From an uncultured delta proteobacterium (GTDB lineage: Bacteria > Myxococcota_A > Polyangia > Polyangiales > B10-G4), in the NCBI GenBank assembly GCA_963727445.1, contig CAVSGI010000010.1:32001-96000 (forward strand): a stretch of 64,000 bases of DNA, in the 5' to 3' direction. This document shows positions 8,268 to 16,944 of this stretch, in pieces. Every line of letters begins with the position of its first letter. The first letter of the stretch is position 1. The position numbers and the translations under genes are program-made. The notes below the pieces were generated by a model, which worked only from the letters and a program-made list of their open reading frames with translations, did no database searches and was not told where the DNA came from.

Positions 8268-10023
8268 TCAGCTCTTTCCCTGGACCAACCAGCTATCCCG
8301 CTTCTGCGGTGGGGCGGCGCTCTGCTCCGGCTGGCCGTTGTCCTGGCCCATCTCTTTGCCGATCTCCTCGAGGAGCTCCCGGCATTCGGGCTTGTCTTTG
8401 AGATGTGCGATCAGAGTCGCCGACGCCTCGGAGAAGGCCTTTTCGTATCCGAGGGCTTCGCGCACGCGCGTCGCGATGCGCTCGCGCCCGGTGGCGAGAT
8501 CCGTCTCGAGGGCCTCGCCGTAGCGCTGCAGCTGCGCCCGGAGATCGGTGATCTGCTTGCGCAGGTTCTCCGCGAGCTGCTCCTGGCTCGCCGCCTTGGC
8601 ATCGTGCTCCTTGAGCACCTCGTTCAGGGCGCGAACCCGTCCGGCCAGCGAGCCCGACTCCTCGAAGATCTTGCGGAGCGCCGCGACGTCGCCGCCAGAG
8701 GACATCGCCCCCTCGACCTTGGGCTTCGCCTGCTCGTACGCCTGGGCCGCGGCCGCCATCGCCCGCTTGACCCGCCGCGCGCGCTCGCGCTCTTCGGCGG
8801 CGCGTCGCGCGACCCGCGACTCCTCGTGGCTCAGCTCTTCGACCTTACGGCCGATCTCCGCACGGAGCGCGCGCCCCCGGCGCTCGATGGCTTCGAGCTT
8901 CTTGGCGTGGCTGGCCAGCTCGCCTTCGAGCTTGGAGGCGCGCGCCGCCAGGTCCCACATGTTGGCGCCGGCCTCGGCGATCTTCTCCGGCACCCGCCCG
9001 TTCGGGTAGGCGCGCGACATCAGACGGAGGAAGTTCGAGGCGCGCTTCGACCACTCGACGACGCCGGTGGATTGCGCGGGCGGCGGGGGAGGCGGCGCCA
9101 CCGGCGCTTCCTGTTGCGAGTGCAGCTCCCACGCGGTCGACGGGAGTGAGCGCTGCAGCGCTTTGAGCTCGTCCTGCAGGTGGTGGCCGTCGCGGAAGCG
9201 ATCCTCGGGCTTCTTCTCGAGGAGGTGGAGGATGATGCGGTTCGCCGCTTCGGGGAGATCCTTGCGCAGCTTGATCGGCTGCGGCGGCGGGGGCGCTGCG
9301 TTGCATCTCGAGGAGCGTCTCGCGGTCGCTCGAGCGGAACGGAAGCTGTCCCGTCGTCATCTCGAAGAAGAGGATCCCGAGCGCGTAGAGATCACTCGAC
9401 GCGATCGCATCCTCGCCACGCGCCTGCTCGGGCGACATGTACTCGGGCGTTCCGAACACCGCGCCCTTCGGCGCGAGCCGCGGATCACGCGCGAGAGCGG
9501 CCAGACCGAAGTCGAGGATCTTCACGTAGTCCTGACGGCCGCCGCGCTGCGTGAGCATGATGTTGTCGCTCTTGAGGTCGCGGTGGATGACCCCGAGGTC
9601 GTGGGCACGCGCGAGCGCGGCGGTCATCTGCTCGATGATGTCGACGGCCCGCGGCACGGGCATCTGCCCCTTGGCGATGATGCTGGAGAGGCTGGTCCCC
9701 GTGAGGTACTCCATCACCAGGTAGAGCTCGCCCTCTTCGGTCTCGCCCACGTCGTGGATGTCGACGATGTGCGCGTGATCGACCCGGTTCGCCGCGCGAG
9801 CTTCGCGAAGCATCCACGCGCGCAGGTGCGTCTCGCCTTTGAGGTCGGGCCGGATCAGCTTCAGCGCCACCACCCGATCGATGAGCACGTGACGGGCGCG
9901 ATAGACCACACCCATACCGCCCTCGCCGAGGCGCGCCTCGAGGCGATATCGCCCTGCGATGACCTTTCCGAGATACGCGTCTTTCCTACGTCTCGATGAT
10001 GAGCTCGCGGTCGCTGTCGCCAT
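8268..10023 (-). CDS. Ser/Thr protein kinase with a C-terminal coiled coil; one frameshift near 9290
   Basis: LGEGGMGVVY, VALK, HRDLKSDNIM, DFG, GTPEYMSPEQ; after a G run the frame continues LLEKKPEDRF into ORF 8268..9101. Confidence 0.9.
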
Positions 10024-10088
10024 GCGCACCCTTTGAAAAAAGCGGTCCCCAGAATACATGCGGGGAGGGGGGGCCGGAAGGGAGATCC

Positions 10089-10104
10089 TGCCGTCCGGAC
10101 GGCA
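10089..10104. promoter_or_regulatory. Perfect 16-bp palindrome in the spacer between the divergent kinases
   Basis: TGCCGTCC|GGACGGCA. Confidence 0.35.
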
Positions 10105-10226
10105 AACTTTCGGGGGCGCCAGAAATCCCGGGGGGTGTCCGGGATCCCCCTACAAGAGGTGGCGGTCGTGATCGTATTCTGGTCCGTGGGCCCCGTCCGC
10201 CGTCGGGCCAGGCTCGGGACGAGAGA

Positions 10227-12185
10227 TTGAAGAAGGCACGCCTCGGCGACTACGTGATCGAGAAGCGCCTCGCCACCGGAGGCATGGCGGAGGTGTTCGT
10301 CGCCTCTCGCCAGGGAGCCCATGGCTTCGTCAAGCGCGTCGCTCTCAAATGCATCCTCCCCCAGTACGCGAGGGACCCCGACTTCGTCACGATGTTCGTG
10401 AACGAAGCGCGCCTCGCCGCGCATCTCGAACACCCCAACATCGTTCAGGTCTTCGATTTCGGCGAGCACGACCACGAGCTCTTCCTCGCGATGGAGTTGG
10501 TGGTCGGCAGCAACGTCAATCGGCTCCTGCGAGCGGTGGCCAACCGCGAGGAGACGGTTCCCCTCGACGTCGCCCTCCACATCACGTCACAGACGGCGCG
10601 CTCGCTGGCCTACGCACATCGGGCCCGCGATGCCGAGGGTGAGCCGCTCGGGATCGTCCACCGCGACGTGAGCCCTGCGAACATCCTCCTCACCGACACT
10701 GGCCACGTGAAGCTCAGCGACTTCGGTATCGCCCGTGTCGACAATCGCTCGAGCCGCACCGACGACGGCCACGTCCGCGGCAAGCTGGGCTACATGTCAC
10801 CGGAGCAGGTCATGGGACGGCCGCTCGATGGACGGAGCGACGTCTTCACGCTCACGACGGTCTTCGCCGAGATGCTCCTCGCCGAGCCGCTCTTCGGCAC
10901 GGGGCAGGATCTCGACATCCTCTTGCGCATCCGCGACGTCGACCTGAAAGCGATCACGCGCAGCTCGCGGCGCATTCCGCAGGACGTGATGAAGCTCCTG
11001 CGCCTCGGGCTCGAGGCCGATCCCAGCCGGCGTCCGAGCTCGTCAGCCTTCGCCGACGCCGTCGACGACGTGATGCGGCGGCGCGGCATCGTGCGCGGCC
11101 CCGAGCGCCTGGCGAAGCTCCTGCACCGCCTCGAGCTGGTGAAGGGCTCGGTGATGGACGAGCGCCCCATGGCGCCGGGGGGGAGGCCGACCAACCTCTT
11201 CGATACCACCGGCGTCAGCACCGAGCTCGGCTCGGTGGAGCTGGGCACCGACACCCCGTCGATCTACCGCGTGCGTCAGGTGGACGGCCGCGAGGTCGGG
11301 CCCTTCTCCTTCCCTCAGCTGGTGCAGATGGTGACCACCGGCAAGATCGCCGCCTCCACCCCGATCTCCCGCGAGGGCTCGGACTACGTGCCCGCCCACG
11401 CGATCGACGAGCTGCGCCGCTTCGTGATGTCGCCCGCGCTCTCGTGGCGGGACGAGGAGGTGACCGAGGCGACCCGGGTCGGCGATCTCGGCAGCGGGCG
11501 CCTGCTGCCCTTCGTCCACGACATCGCGTCCGGTCGGGTCACCGGCGTGCTGCATCTCTTCGACGACACCCGCCGCAAGAAGATCTACTTCAACGAGGGC
11601 CACCCGGAGTTCGTTGCCTCCACCGACAAGAACGAGCTCCTCGGCGAGTTCCTCGTCGCCAACGGCACCTGCCTCCGCATGGAGGTCGAGATGGCGCTCG
11701 CGCTGCTGCCCCGATACCACGGTCGCCTCGGAGATGCGCTGGTGGGGCTCGGCGTGCTTCGGCCGGTGGAGCTCTTCAAGGCCGTCGCCGCTCAGGTGAA
11801 GACCCGTTACCTGGAGGCGTTTCGCTGGCGCGAGGGCCGTTGGGCCTTCGTGCCCGACGTGCGCTGCGAGGAGGAGGTCTACCCCCTCGGTCACGACAGC
11901 CGGGAGCTCATGCGCGATGCGGCCTTCGAGGCGCACCCCGAAGAGCTCGAGGCGGCGCTCGCGCCCCTGAAGGACAAGGTGATGGTGAAGGTGGCCCAGC
12001 CCGAGGCGCCGCTCTCTGCCTATCGGCCCCCGGAGCATTGGTTCCGCCTCCTCGACGTCTCCGGGGAGACGACCCTCGCGGCGATCCTGGCGCGGGAGTC
12101 GGTCCAGGGGGGCGTCGACAGCGAGGAGGTCTACCGGGCCTTCTACCTCGGCGTGTCCTGCGGCCTGGTCACCGCGGCGGCCTGA
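10227..12185 (+). CDS. Ser/Thr protein kinase with a C-terminal DUF4388-like domain
   Basis: LATGGMAEVF, VALK, HRDVSPANILL, DFG, GKLGYMSPEQ; C-terminal TGVLHL..KKIYFNEG..LLGEFLV..RLGDALV; TTG start at 10227 assumed. Confidence 0.88.
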   Translation: MKKARLGDYVIEKRLATGGMAEVFVASRQGAHGFVKRVALKCILPQYARDPDFVTMFVNEARLAAHLEHPNIVQVFDFGEHDHELFLAMELVVGSNVNRLLRAVANREETVPLDVALHITSQTARSLAYAHRARDAEGEPLGIVHRDVSPANILLTDTGHVKLSDFGIARVDNRSSRTDDGHVRGKLGYMSPEQVMGRPLDGRSDVFTLTTVFAEMLLAEPLFGTGQDLDILLRIRDVDLKAITRSSRRIPQDVMKLLRLGLEADPSRRPSSSAFADAVDDVMRRRGIVRGPERLAKLLHRLELVKGSVMDERPMAPGGRPTNLFDTTGVSTELGSVELGTDTPSIYRVRQVDGREVGPFSFPQLVQMVTTGKIAASTPISREGSDYVPAHAIDELRRFVMSPALSWRDEEVTEATRVGDLGSGRLLPFVHDIASGRVTGVLHLFDDTRRKKIYFNEGHPEFVASTDKNELLGEFLVANGTCLRMEVEMALALLPRYHGRLGDALVGLGVLRPVELFKAVAAQVKTRYLEAFRWREGRWAFVPDVRCEEEVYPLGHDSRELMRDAAFEAHPEELEAALAPLKDKVMVKVAQPEAPLSAYRPPEHWFRLLDVSGETTLAAILARESVQGGVDSEEVYRAFYLGVSCGLVTAAA

Positions 12186-12245
12186 GCGCCACTCTGGCTT
12201 TCTCCACCCTCGACAGCGCAGCGCTGTCGGATTAAACGAAGGTCC

Positions 12246-13073
12246 GTGTCGACCTTCTTCCACCTCGAGCGGCCCGAGCAGGGCGACACCGCCGTGATGG
12301 TGGAGGTGCCCCACGCGGGGTTGGCGGTGCCCGATCGGGTGAGGAGCCAGCTCCTCGCCACCCAGGACGACATCGAGCGGGACGCGGACATCTACGTCGA
12401 CAAGCTCTGCGCCGAGGTGGTCGGGGTGGGCGCGACCCTGCTGGCCGCCCGCGTCTCCCGCTACGTGGTGGACCTGAACCGCGCGCCGGACGACGTCGAT
12501 CGGGAGACGGTCTCGGACCATCCCACGCCCAAAGCGCTGCAGCCGCGCGGCGTGGTCTGGCGCATGACCACCACCGGAGCGCCCGCGCTCGCGCGTCCTC
12601 TCACCGGCGCGGAGCTCGCAGACCGCCTCGCGCACTTTCACACCCCCTACCACGACGCCCTGCGGCAGGAGCTCGAGCGCCTCTCTGGACGCTTCGGCTT
12701 TGCGCTCCTGGTGGCTGCGCATTCGATGCCATCGGTGGGACGCGCCGGACACGGCGACACCGGGGTGCGCCGCGCGGACATCGTCCCGGGCACGCGTGGC
12801 CGCAACACCGCCGATGCGCGCGTGATCGACCTCGTGGACTCGCACTTCCGTGCGGCCGGCCTGAGCGTACGCCACGACGACCCCTACCGCGGGGGCTACA
12901 CCACGTCGCACTACGGCCGGCCGTCGACGGGCGTGCACGCGGTGCAGATCGAGATCAACCGCGCGCTCTACGTCAACGAGTCGACGGGCGAGCCCCGCCA
13001 CGGCGACTTCGAACGTTTGCGCGCCCTGATCACCGAGCTGGTCGAGCGCCTGGGACGCCTCGACCTGCGGTAG
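12246..13073 (+). CDS. N-formylglutamate amidohydrolase family protein
   Basis: EVPHAG, D.YVD.L, SRYVVDLNR, HTPYH, AHSMPS, PYRGG and HAVQIEINRALY. Confidence 0.88.
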   Translation: MSTFFHLERPEQGDTAVMVEVPHAGLAVPDRVRSQLLATQDDIERDADIYVDKLCAEVVGVGATLLAARVSRYVVDLNRAPDDVDRETVSDHPTPKALQPRGVVWRMTTTGAPALARPLTGAELADRLAHFHTPYHDALRQELERLSGRFGFALLVAAHSMPSVGRAGHGDTGVRRADIVPGTRGRNTADARVIDLVDSHFRAAGLSVRHDDPYRGGYTTSHYGRPSTGVHAVQIEINRALYVNESTGEPRHGDFERLRALITELVERLGRLDLR

Positions 13074-13090
13074 CCCCACGCGAGCGCCGT

Positions 13091-13351
13091 CTACTGAACG
13101 GCGGGGGCTTCGCTGGCCGCGAGCGCATCCCCCGAGCGAACCTCGAGGCGGTAGCGGCTGTTGGCGGTCTGGAGGTAGTAGACGTCGCCGCCGCAGACGC
13201 GGAGGATCCGCTTCACGGGTGTGGTGACGTACTCGTGAAGGCCATCGGGAAATTCGATGACCACGACCGAGCCTTTACGAGGTGCGCGAAGCAACCGTCC
13301 TACGACGGCCCGACCCGGCTTGCGACCTACCTTGCGGAGTACAACCTCCAC
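13091..13351 (-). CDS. Small hypothetical beta-rich protein
   Basis: 86-aa ORF with ordinary composition (YVTTPVKRI, QTANSRYRL), divergent from tdk. Confidence 0.6.
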   Translation of the reverse strand: MEVVLRKVGRKPGRAVVGRLLRAPRKGSVVVIEFPDGLHEYVTTPVKRILRVCGGDVYYLQTANSRYRLEVRSGDALAASEAPAVQ

Positions 13352-13529
13352 GACTAATCGAGGCTAGCACAGGCCCGATTCGGGGCAAAACCCCAGAAGG
13401 CATCGTCCCTCCATTTTTGGGGTCGATCTGTACACCTTGTGTGCTTTGGGTGCACCTCACCCCCCTTGCCGAAAAACCGGGCTTCCACGCTTGAATCGGG
13501 CGGTCCCGGGGCGTAGAGAGCGAGCCCGT

Positions 13530-14126
13530 ATGCTCGTGATGCCGTCAGGGGCTGGCTGGATCGAGGTGATCTGCGGTCCGATGTTCAGCGGGAAGAGCGA
13601 GGAGCTCATCCGTCGCCTTCGCCGCGCCCAGATCGCGCGGCAGCCGCTCCAGGCCTTCAAGCCGCGGATCGACGACCGGTACCACGCCGAGCAGATCGTC
13701 AGCCACTCGGCGGTCGCGATCGACGCCGTTCCGGTGAAGGACGAAAAGGAGCTGGCGCGGCTCGTCCGCGCCGATACGCGGGTCGTGGGAATCGACGAGG
13801 CGCAGTTCTTCGACGACGATCTCGTTCCGCTGGTCGAACGCCTGGCGCGGAGCGGCGTGCGGGTGATCCTGGCGGGTCTCGACCAGGACTACACCGGCGC
13901 ACCTTTCGCGCCCATGCCCGCGCTCCTCTCGGTGGCCGAGATGGTCACCAAGACCCTCGCGATCTGCACCCGATGCGGCGCCCCCGCCGGACGCTCCCAG
14001 CGCCTCTCCGCGGGGGCCGACCAGGTGGTCGTCGGCGCCACCGACATCTACGAAGCGCGATGTCGTCGCTGCCACGATCCGCGGGTCGAGCCGACCACCC
14101 GCGATCTCTTCAGCGATCCGCGCTGA
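13530..14126 (+). CDS. tdk: Thymidine kinase
   Basis: [12 protein letters not shown]-loop, IDEAQFF, AGLDQD, Zn ligands C..C and CRRC, YEARCR. Confidence 0.95.
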   Translation: MLVMPSGAGWIEVICGPMFSGKSEELIRRLRRAQIARQPLQAFKPRIDDRYHAEQIVSHSAVAIDAVPVKDEKELARLVRADTRVVGIDEAQFFDDDLVPLVERLARSGVRVILAGLDQDYTGAPFAPMPALLSVAEMVTKTLAICTRCGAPAGRSQRLSAGADQVVVGATDIYEARCRRCHDPRVEPTTRDLFSDPR

Positions 14127-14877
14127 TCAGCGCGAAGTGGAACGAGACCAGCAGCTCGTCCGCCCGGATGGAGGTGCTGACCGCCGCGAGCGGCTCCGAG
14201 AGACACGAGCGCAGCGCCTCGTCGGGCAGGCTCTCGGGCCCGCGGGAGCGGGTCGCGATCTCGACGGGCGCGCCGGGAACGAAGGTCAGCCGCAGGTCAC
14301 CCGGCCCGGTCTCGGTCGGTAGGCCGGTGCACGTCGGCAACGTCTCGAGCGCCGCCCACACGGTCGCTTCGAGGTCGCGATCGCGCGGGCAGGGGAAGGG
14401 CCCCCGCACGGGCGGCACGCCATCGCATTGCAGATACGCCACGCGCCCGAGACCCACGCGACGGGGAACCACCGTCCCCGTTCCCACACCACCACCCGTT
14501 CCCGTTCCCGTTCCCGTCTCCGTTGCCGCTTCCGCTCCCGTCCCCGTTGCCGTTGCCGCTTCCGTTCCCGTTCCCGTTCCCGTTCCCGTTCCCGTTCCCG
14601 TTGCCGCTTCCGCTCCCGCTCCCGTCTCCGTTGCCGCTTCCGTTTCCGCTTCCGTCCCCGTCCCCGTTCCCGTTCCCGCTTCCGCAACCGACTCCGTTTC
14701 CGACTCCGTCTCTGCCACGGCCGCGACCCCCTCCTGCGTTCCCGCCTCCGCTCCTTCGAGGCTGACGCTCGCCAACCACACGCCGACGGCGAAGGGGAGG
14801 ATGGCTGCCGCGGCGAGGGGGAGCGGCCGCAGGCGATCCGCGCTGGGCGGAGGAACCAGGAGCTTCGGGCGGGCCAT
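14110..14877 (-). CDS. Membrane-anchored hypothetical protein with a Gly-Thr/Glu-Thr repeat stalk and a Cys-containing C-terminal domain
   Basis: N-terminal TM segment ([15 protein letters not shown]), GTGTGT repeats, four Cys; AAGGAG RBS upstream. Confidence 0.65.
   Translation of the reverse strand: MARPKLLVPPPSADRLRPLPLAAAAILPFAVGVWLASVSLEGAEAGTQEGVAAVAETESETESVAEAGTGTGTGTEAETEAATETGAGAEAATGTGTGTGTGTGTEAATATGTGAEAATETGTGTGTGGGVGTGTVVPRRVGLGRVAYLQCDGVPPVRGPFPCPRDRDLEATVWAALETLPTCTGLPTETGPGDLRLTFVPGAPVEIATRSRGPESLPDEALRSCLSEPLAAVSTSIRADELLVSFHFALISADR
14470..14710. repeat. Degenerate hexamer tandem repeat (CCGTTC/CCGCTT)n inside the CDS
   Basis: Runs such as cccgttcccgttcccgtt with longer units ccgttgccgcttccgctccc. 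Confidence 0.9.
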
Positions 14878-14993
14878 CGAGACCGCTCCTTAGCACATGT
14901 CCGACGCGGCATTGTGCCGCGGCACGGTTGCGTTCCCGCAGGCCTGCCGCGTCGCCGCCGCGCGCTTCGTCAACGATCCCCATGCGCGCGGCC

Positions 14994-15009
14994 GGGCATG
15001 GTCGCTGCA
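14994..15009 (+). promoter_or_regulatory. Putative sigma-54 (-24/-12) promoter for the RpoH-like sigma gene
   Basis: GGGCATG-gtcg-CTGCA against consensus TGGCACG-N4-TTGCW, about 40 bp before the ATG, which has an AGGAGG RBS. Confidence 0.4.
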
Positions 15010-15049
15010 GTGCCGGTGGCGCGGGGGAACAACAAGCAGGAGGGCCGCC

Positions 15050-15865
15050 ATGGCCGAGAGCCGCCTCTACCGCACCTCGTTCGACCGCTATCGCTCCTCA
15101 CTCTCGCACGTCTCGCCCCTGTCGGCGGAGGTCGAGCGAGAGCTCGCCGCGCGTTGGGCCGAGGGTGACGAGGACGCGGGCCGACGTCTGGTGGAAGCAT
15201 CCCTGCCCTTCGTCATCCGCATCGCGCGGGAGTACCGCCGTTGGGGCGTTCCCCTCGACGACCTGGTGCAGCAGGGCAACCTCGGGCTCTTGAAGGCCGC
15301 GAAGAAGTACGACCCCTCGAAGCAGTGCCGTCTGATCACCTACGCGGTCTACTGGATCCGCGCCGAGATCCGCGACTACGTCGTGCGGAGCTATCGCATC
15401 GTTCGCTTGGGGACGACCCGCACCGAGCGCCGGGCGATGCGCGCCTTCCGCCGCACCCCGGTCGAGTCTCCCGAGGCGCTCGCCGAAGCGAGCGGGATGC
15501 CCCTCGGTCGCGCCAAGAAGCTCTGGCCGCTCCTGTCGGCCGGCGACGTCTCCCTCGACTACCAGACCGCCGAGCGGGGCCCGGGGATCGATCGGGTTCG
15601 CGCGCGCGGGATGAATCCCGAAGAGGAGGCCGGGCGCGTGGCCGAGATCGTCGGCATCCGCGCGCGCCTCGACACCGCCTTCGAGAAGCTCGATCAGCGC
15701 GAGCAGCGCATCGTCCGCGCCCGCCTCATGAGCGACGAGCCCCTGACCCTCGAAGCTTTGGGTCGCGAGATGGGCGTCAGCAAGGAGCGCGTTCGCCAGC
15801 TGGAAGAGCGGGTTTGTAAGAAGCTCCGCGGCGAGCTGGCCGACTTCCGTCCCCAGGCAGCCTGA
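15050..15865 (+). CDS. RNA polymerase sigma factor, RpoH/sigma-32-like
   Basis: Region 2 DLVQQGNLGLLKAAKKYDP..RLITYAVYWIRAEIRDYV; region 4 TLEALGREMGVSKERVRQLE. Confidence 0.9.
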   Translation: MAESRLYRTSFDRYRSSLSHVSPLSAEVERELAARWAEGDEDAGRRLVEASLPFVIRIAREYRRWGVPLDDLVQQGNLGLLKAAKKYDPSKQCRLITYAVYWIRAEIRDYVVRSYRIVRLGTTRTERRAMRAFRRTPVESPEALAEASGMPLGRAKKLWPLLSAGDVSLDYQTAERGPGIDRVRARGMNPEEEAGRVAEIVGIRARLDTAFEKLDQREQRIVRARLMSDEPLTLEALGREMGVSKERVRQLEERVCKKLRGELADFRPQAA

Positions 15866-15932
15866 GCTCGGGCGGCGCGACGCCGCGTTGTCGTTGCAAA
15901 ATCGGGGGCAGCGCTCCATCGTATGGGGCGCG

Positions 15933-16919
15933 ATGAGCCGCTCCGGATTCCTCCCCTTCGCCATGGCCGCCGCTGCCCTACCCGCCCTGCTCGCGGGCTG
16001 TCAGCCTCAGCTCGGCCAATGCGACACCGAAGGGGCCTTCACCCTGGTGGTCGACCGCAACGGCTATCCCTCCTACGCGGGTCAGGCGATGATCCAACAG
16101 GCCTGTAGCCCCTGCCACAGCGTCGGCGCCACCGGCGCGACCCGCCGCGGCGCCCCCGCCAACCTGAACTTCGACGCTGCCCCCTCGCGTAGCGACGATC
16201 CCTCCATGCCGGACATGGAGGTGGTGGAGCGTCTCGCCATTTCCCGGCAGTCGATCTTCGACCACCGCTTCGCGATGTTCTCCACCGTCGAGACCGGCTC
16301 CATGCCGCCAGGCGAGGCCGGCCTCGCGGCGCTCATCGATGCCGGCTTCACCTATCTCGACAGCGGGCAGCCCATGCCCTACATCGACTCCGCCGAAGGC
16401 GAGGACATCTACAAGAACTGGCTCGCCTGCGGCGGGCCGATGGTCACGCAGACCGCCGAGCCCGGCGACAGCGACGCACCTGGCGCGCCGTGCGATCCCG
16501 GGGGCTACACCCTCCAAGACGCCGAGCACTGCTACTACCGGCGCACCGCGCCGCCCATCGACCCCACGTGGACCGCGATCTACAGCGCCATCATCGTCGA
16601 CGGCGGCTGCGTGAGCTGCCATGGACCGGGGCCGGCGTCCTTCATCATGCAGAGCGCCCTCGACCTGAGCGACAAGGACGCAGGCTACGCGGCGTTGGTG
16701 AACGTCCCCGCGATGGGCTCGCCCTGCGCAGACGAGGGCGGCGCGGTCCGCGTCATCCCCGGCGACGCGGACGGCTCGCTCCTGATCCACAAGCTCGAAA
16801 ACCACACCGCCGACGGCAGCGACGTCTGTGGCGACTCCATGCCCCTGGGCGTGCTCCTCCCCCCGAGCCAGATCGCCGTGGTCCGACAGTGGATCGACGA
16901 CGGCGCGATGGACAATTGA
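15933..16919 (+). CDS. Di-heme c-type cytochrome lipoprotein
   Basis: Lipobox LLAGC; CSPCH and CVSCH, each followed by an MP motif (GSMPP, SMPLG); IPGDADGSLL and WIDDGA are planctomycete/myxobacterial cytochrome c motifs. Confidence 0.82.
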   Translation: MSRSGFLPFAMAAAALPALLAGCQPQLGQCDTEGAFTLVVDRNGYPSYAGQAMIQQACSPCHSVGATGATRRGAPANLNFDAAPSRSDDPSMPDMEVVERLAISRQSIFDHRFAMFSTVETGSMPPGEAGLAALIDAGFTYLDSGQPMPYIDSAEGEDIYKNWLACGGPMVTQTAEPGDSDAPGAPCDPGGYTLQDAEHCYYRRTAPPIDPTWTAIYSAIIVDGGCVSCHGPGPASFIMQSALDLSDKDAGYAALVNVPAMGSPCADEGGAVRVIPGDADGSLLIHKLENHTADGSDVCGDSMPLGVLLPPSQIAVVRQWIDDGAMDN

Positions 16920-16944
16920 ACGAGATTGAGTAAAGGGCACCCTG

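Noticed and set aside
12246..13073. Complete hut (histidine utilisation) pathway with the lyase
   Set aside because: No urocanase or imidazolonepropionase in the window, and the amidohydrolase is over 9 kb away in an unrelated context
13380..13420. c-di-GMP-I riboswitch suggested by GGCAAAACC
   Set aside because: The GNRA-capped P2 stem and the downstream GACGCAAAGC-type consensus are absent
14470..14710. CRISPR-like array
   Set aside because: Short tandem units with no unique spacers, and no cas genes
14286..15168. ORFs with ERERER, GNGNGN, RSRSRS and PFPFPF repeats
   Set aside because: These are alternative frames of the hexamer repeat; only 14110..14877 has an RBS, a TM segment and a folded-looking domain
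16920..16944. SAM riboswitch ahead of yitJ
   Set aside because: The spacer is only 25 bp, leaving no room for an aptamer
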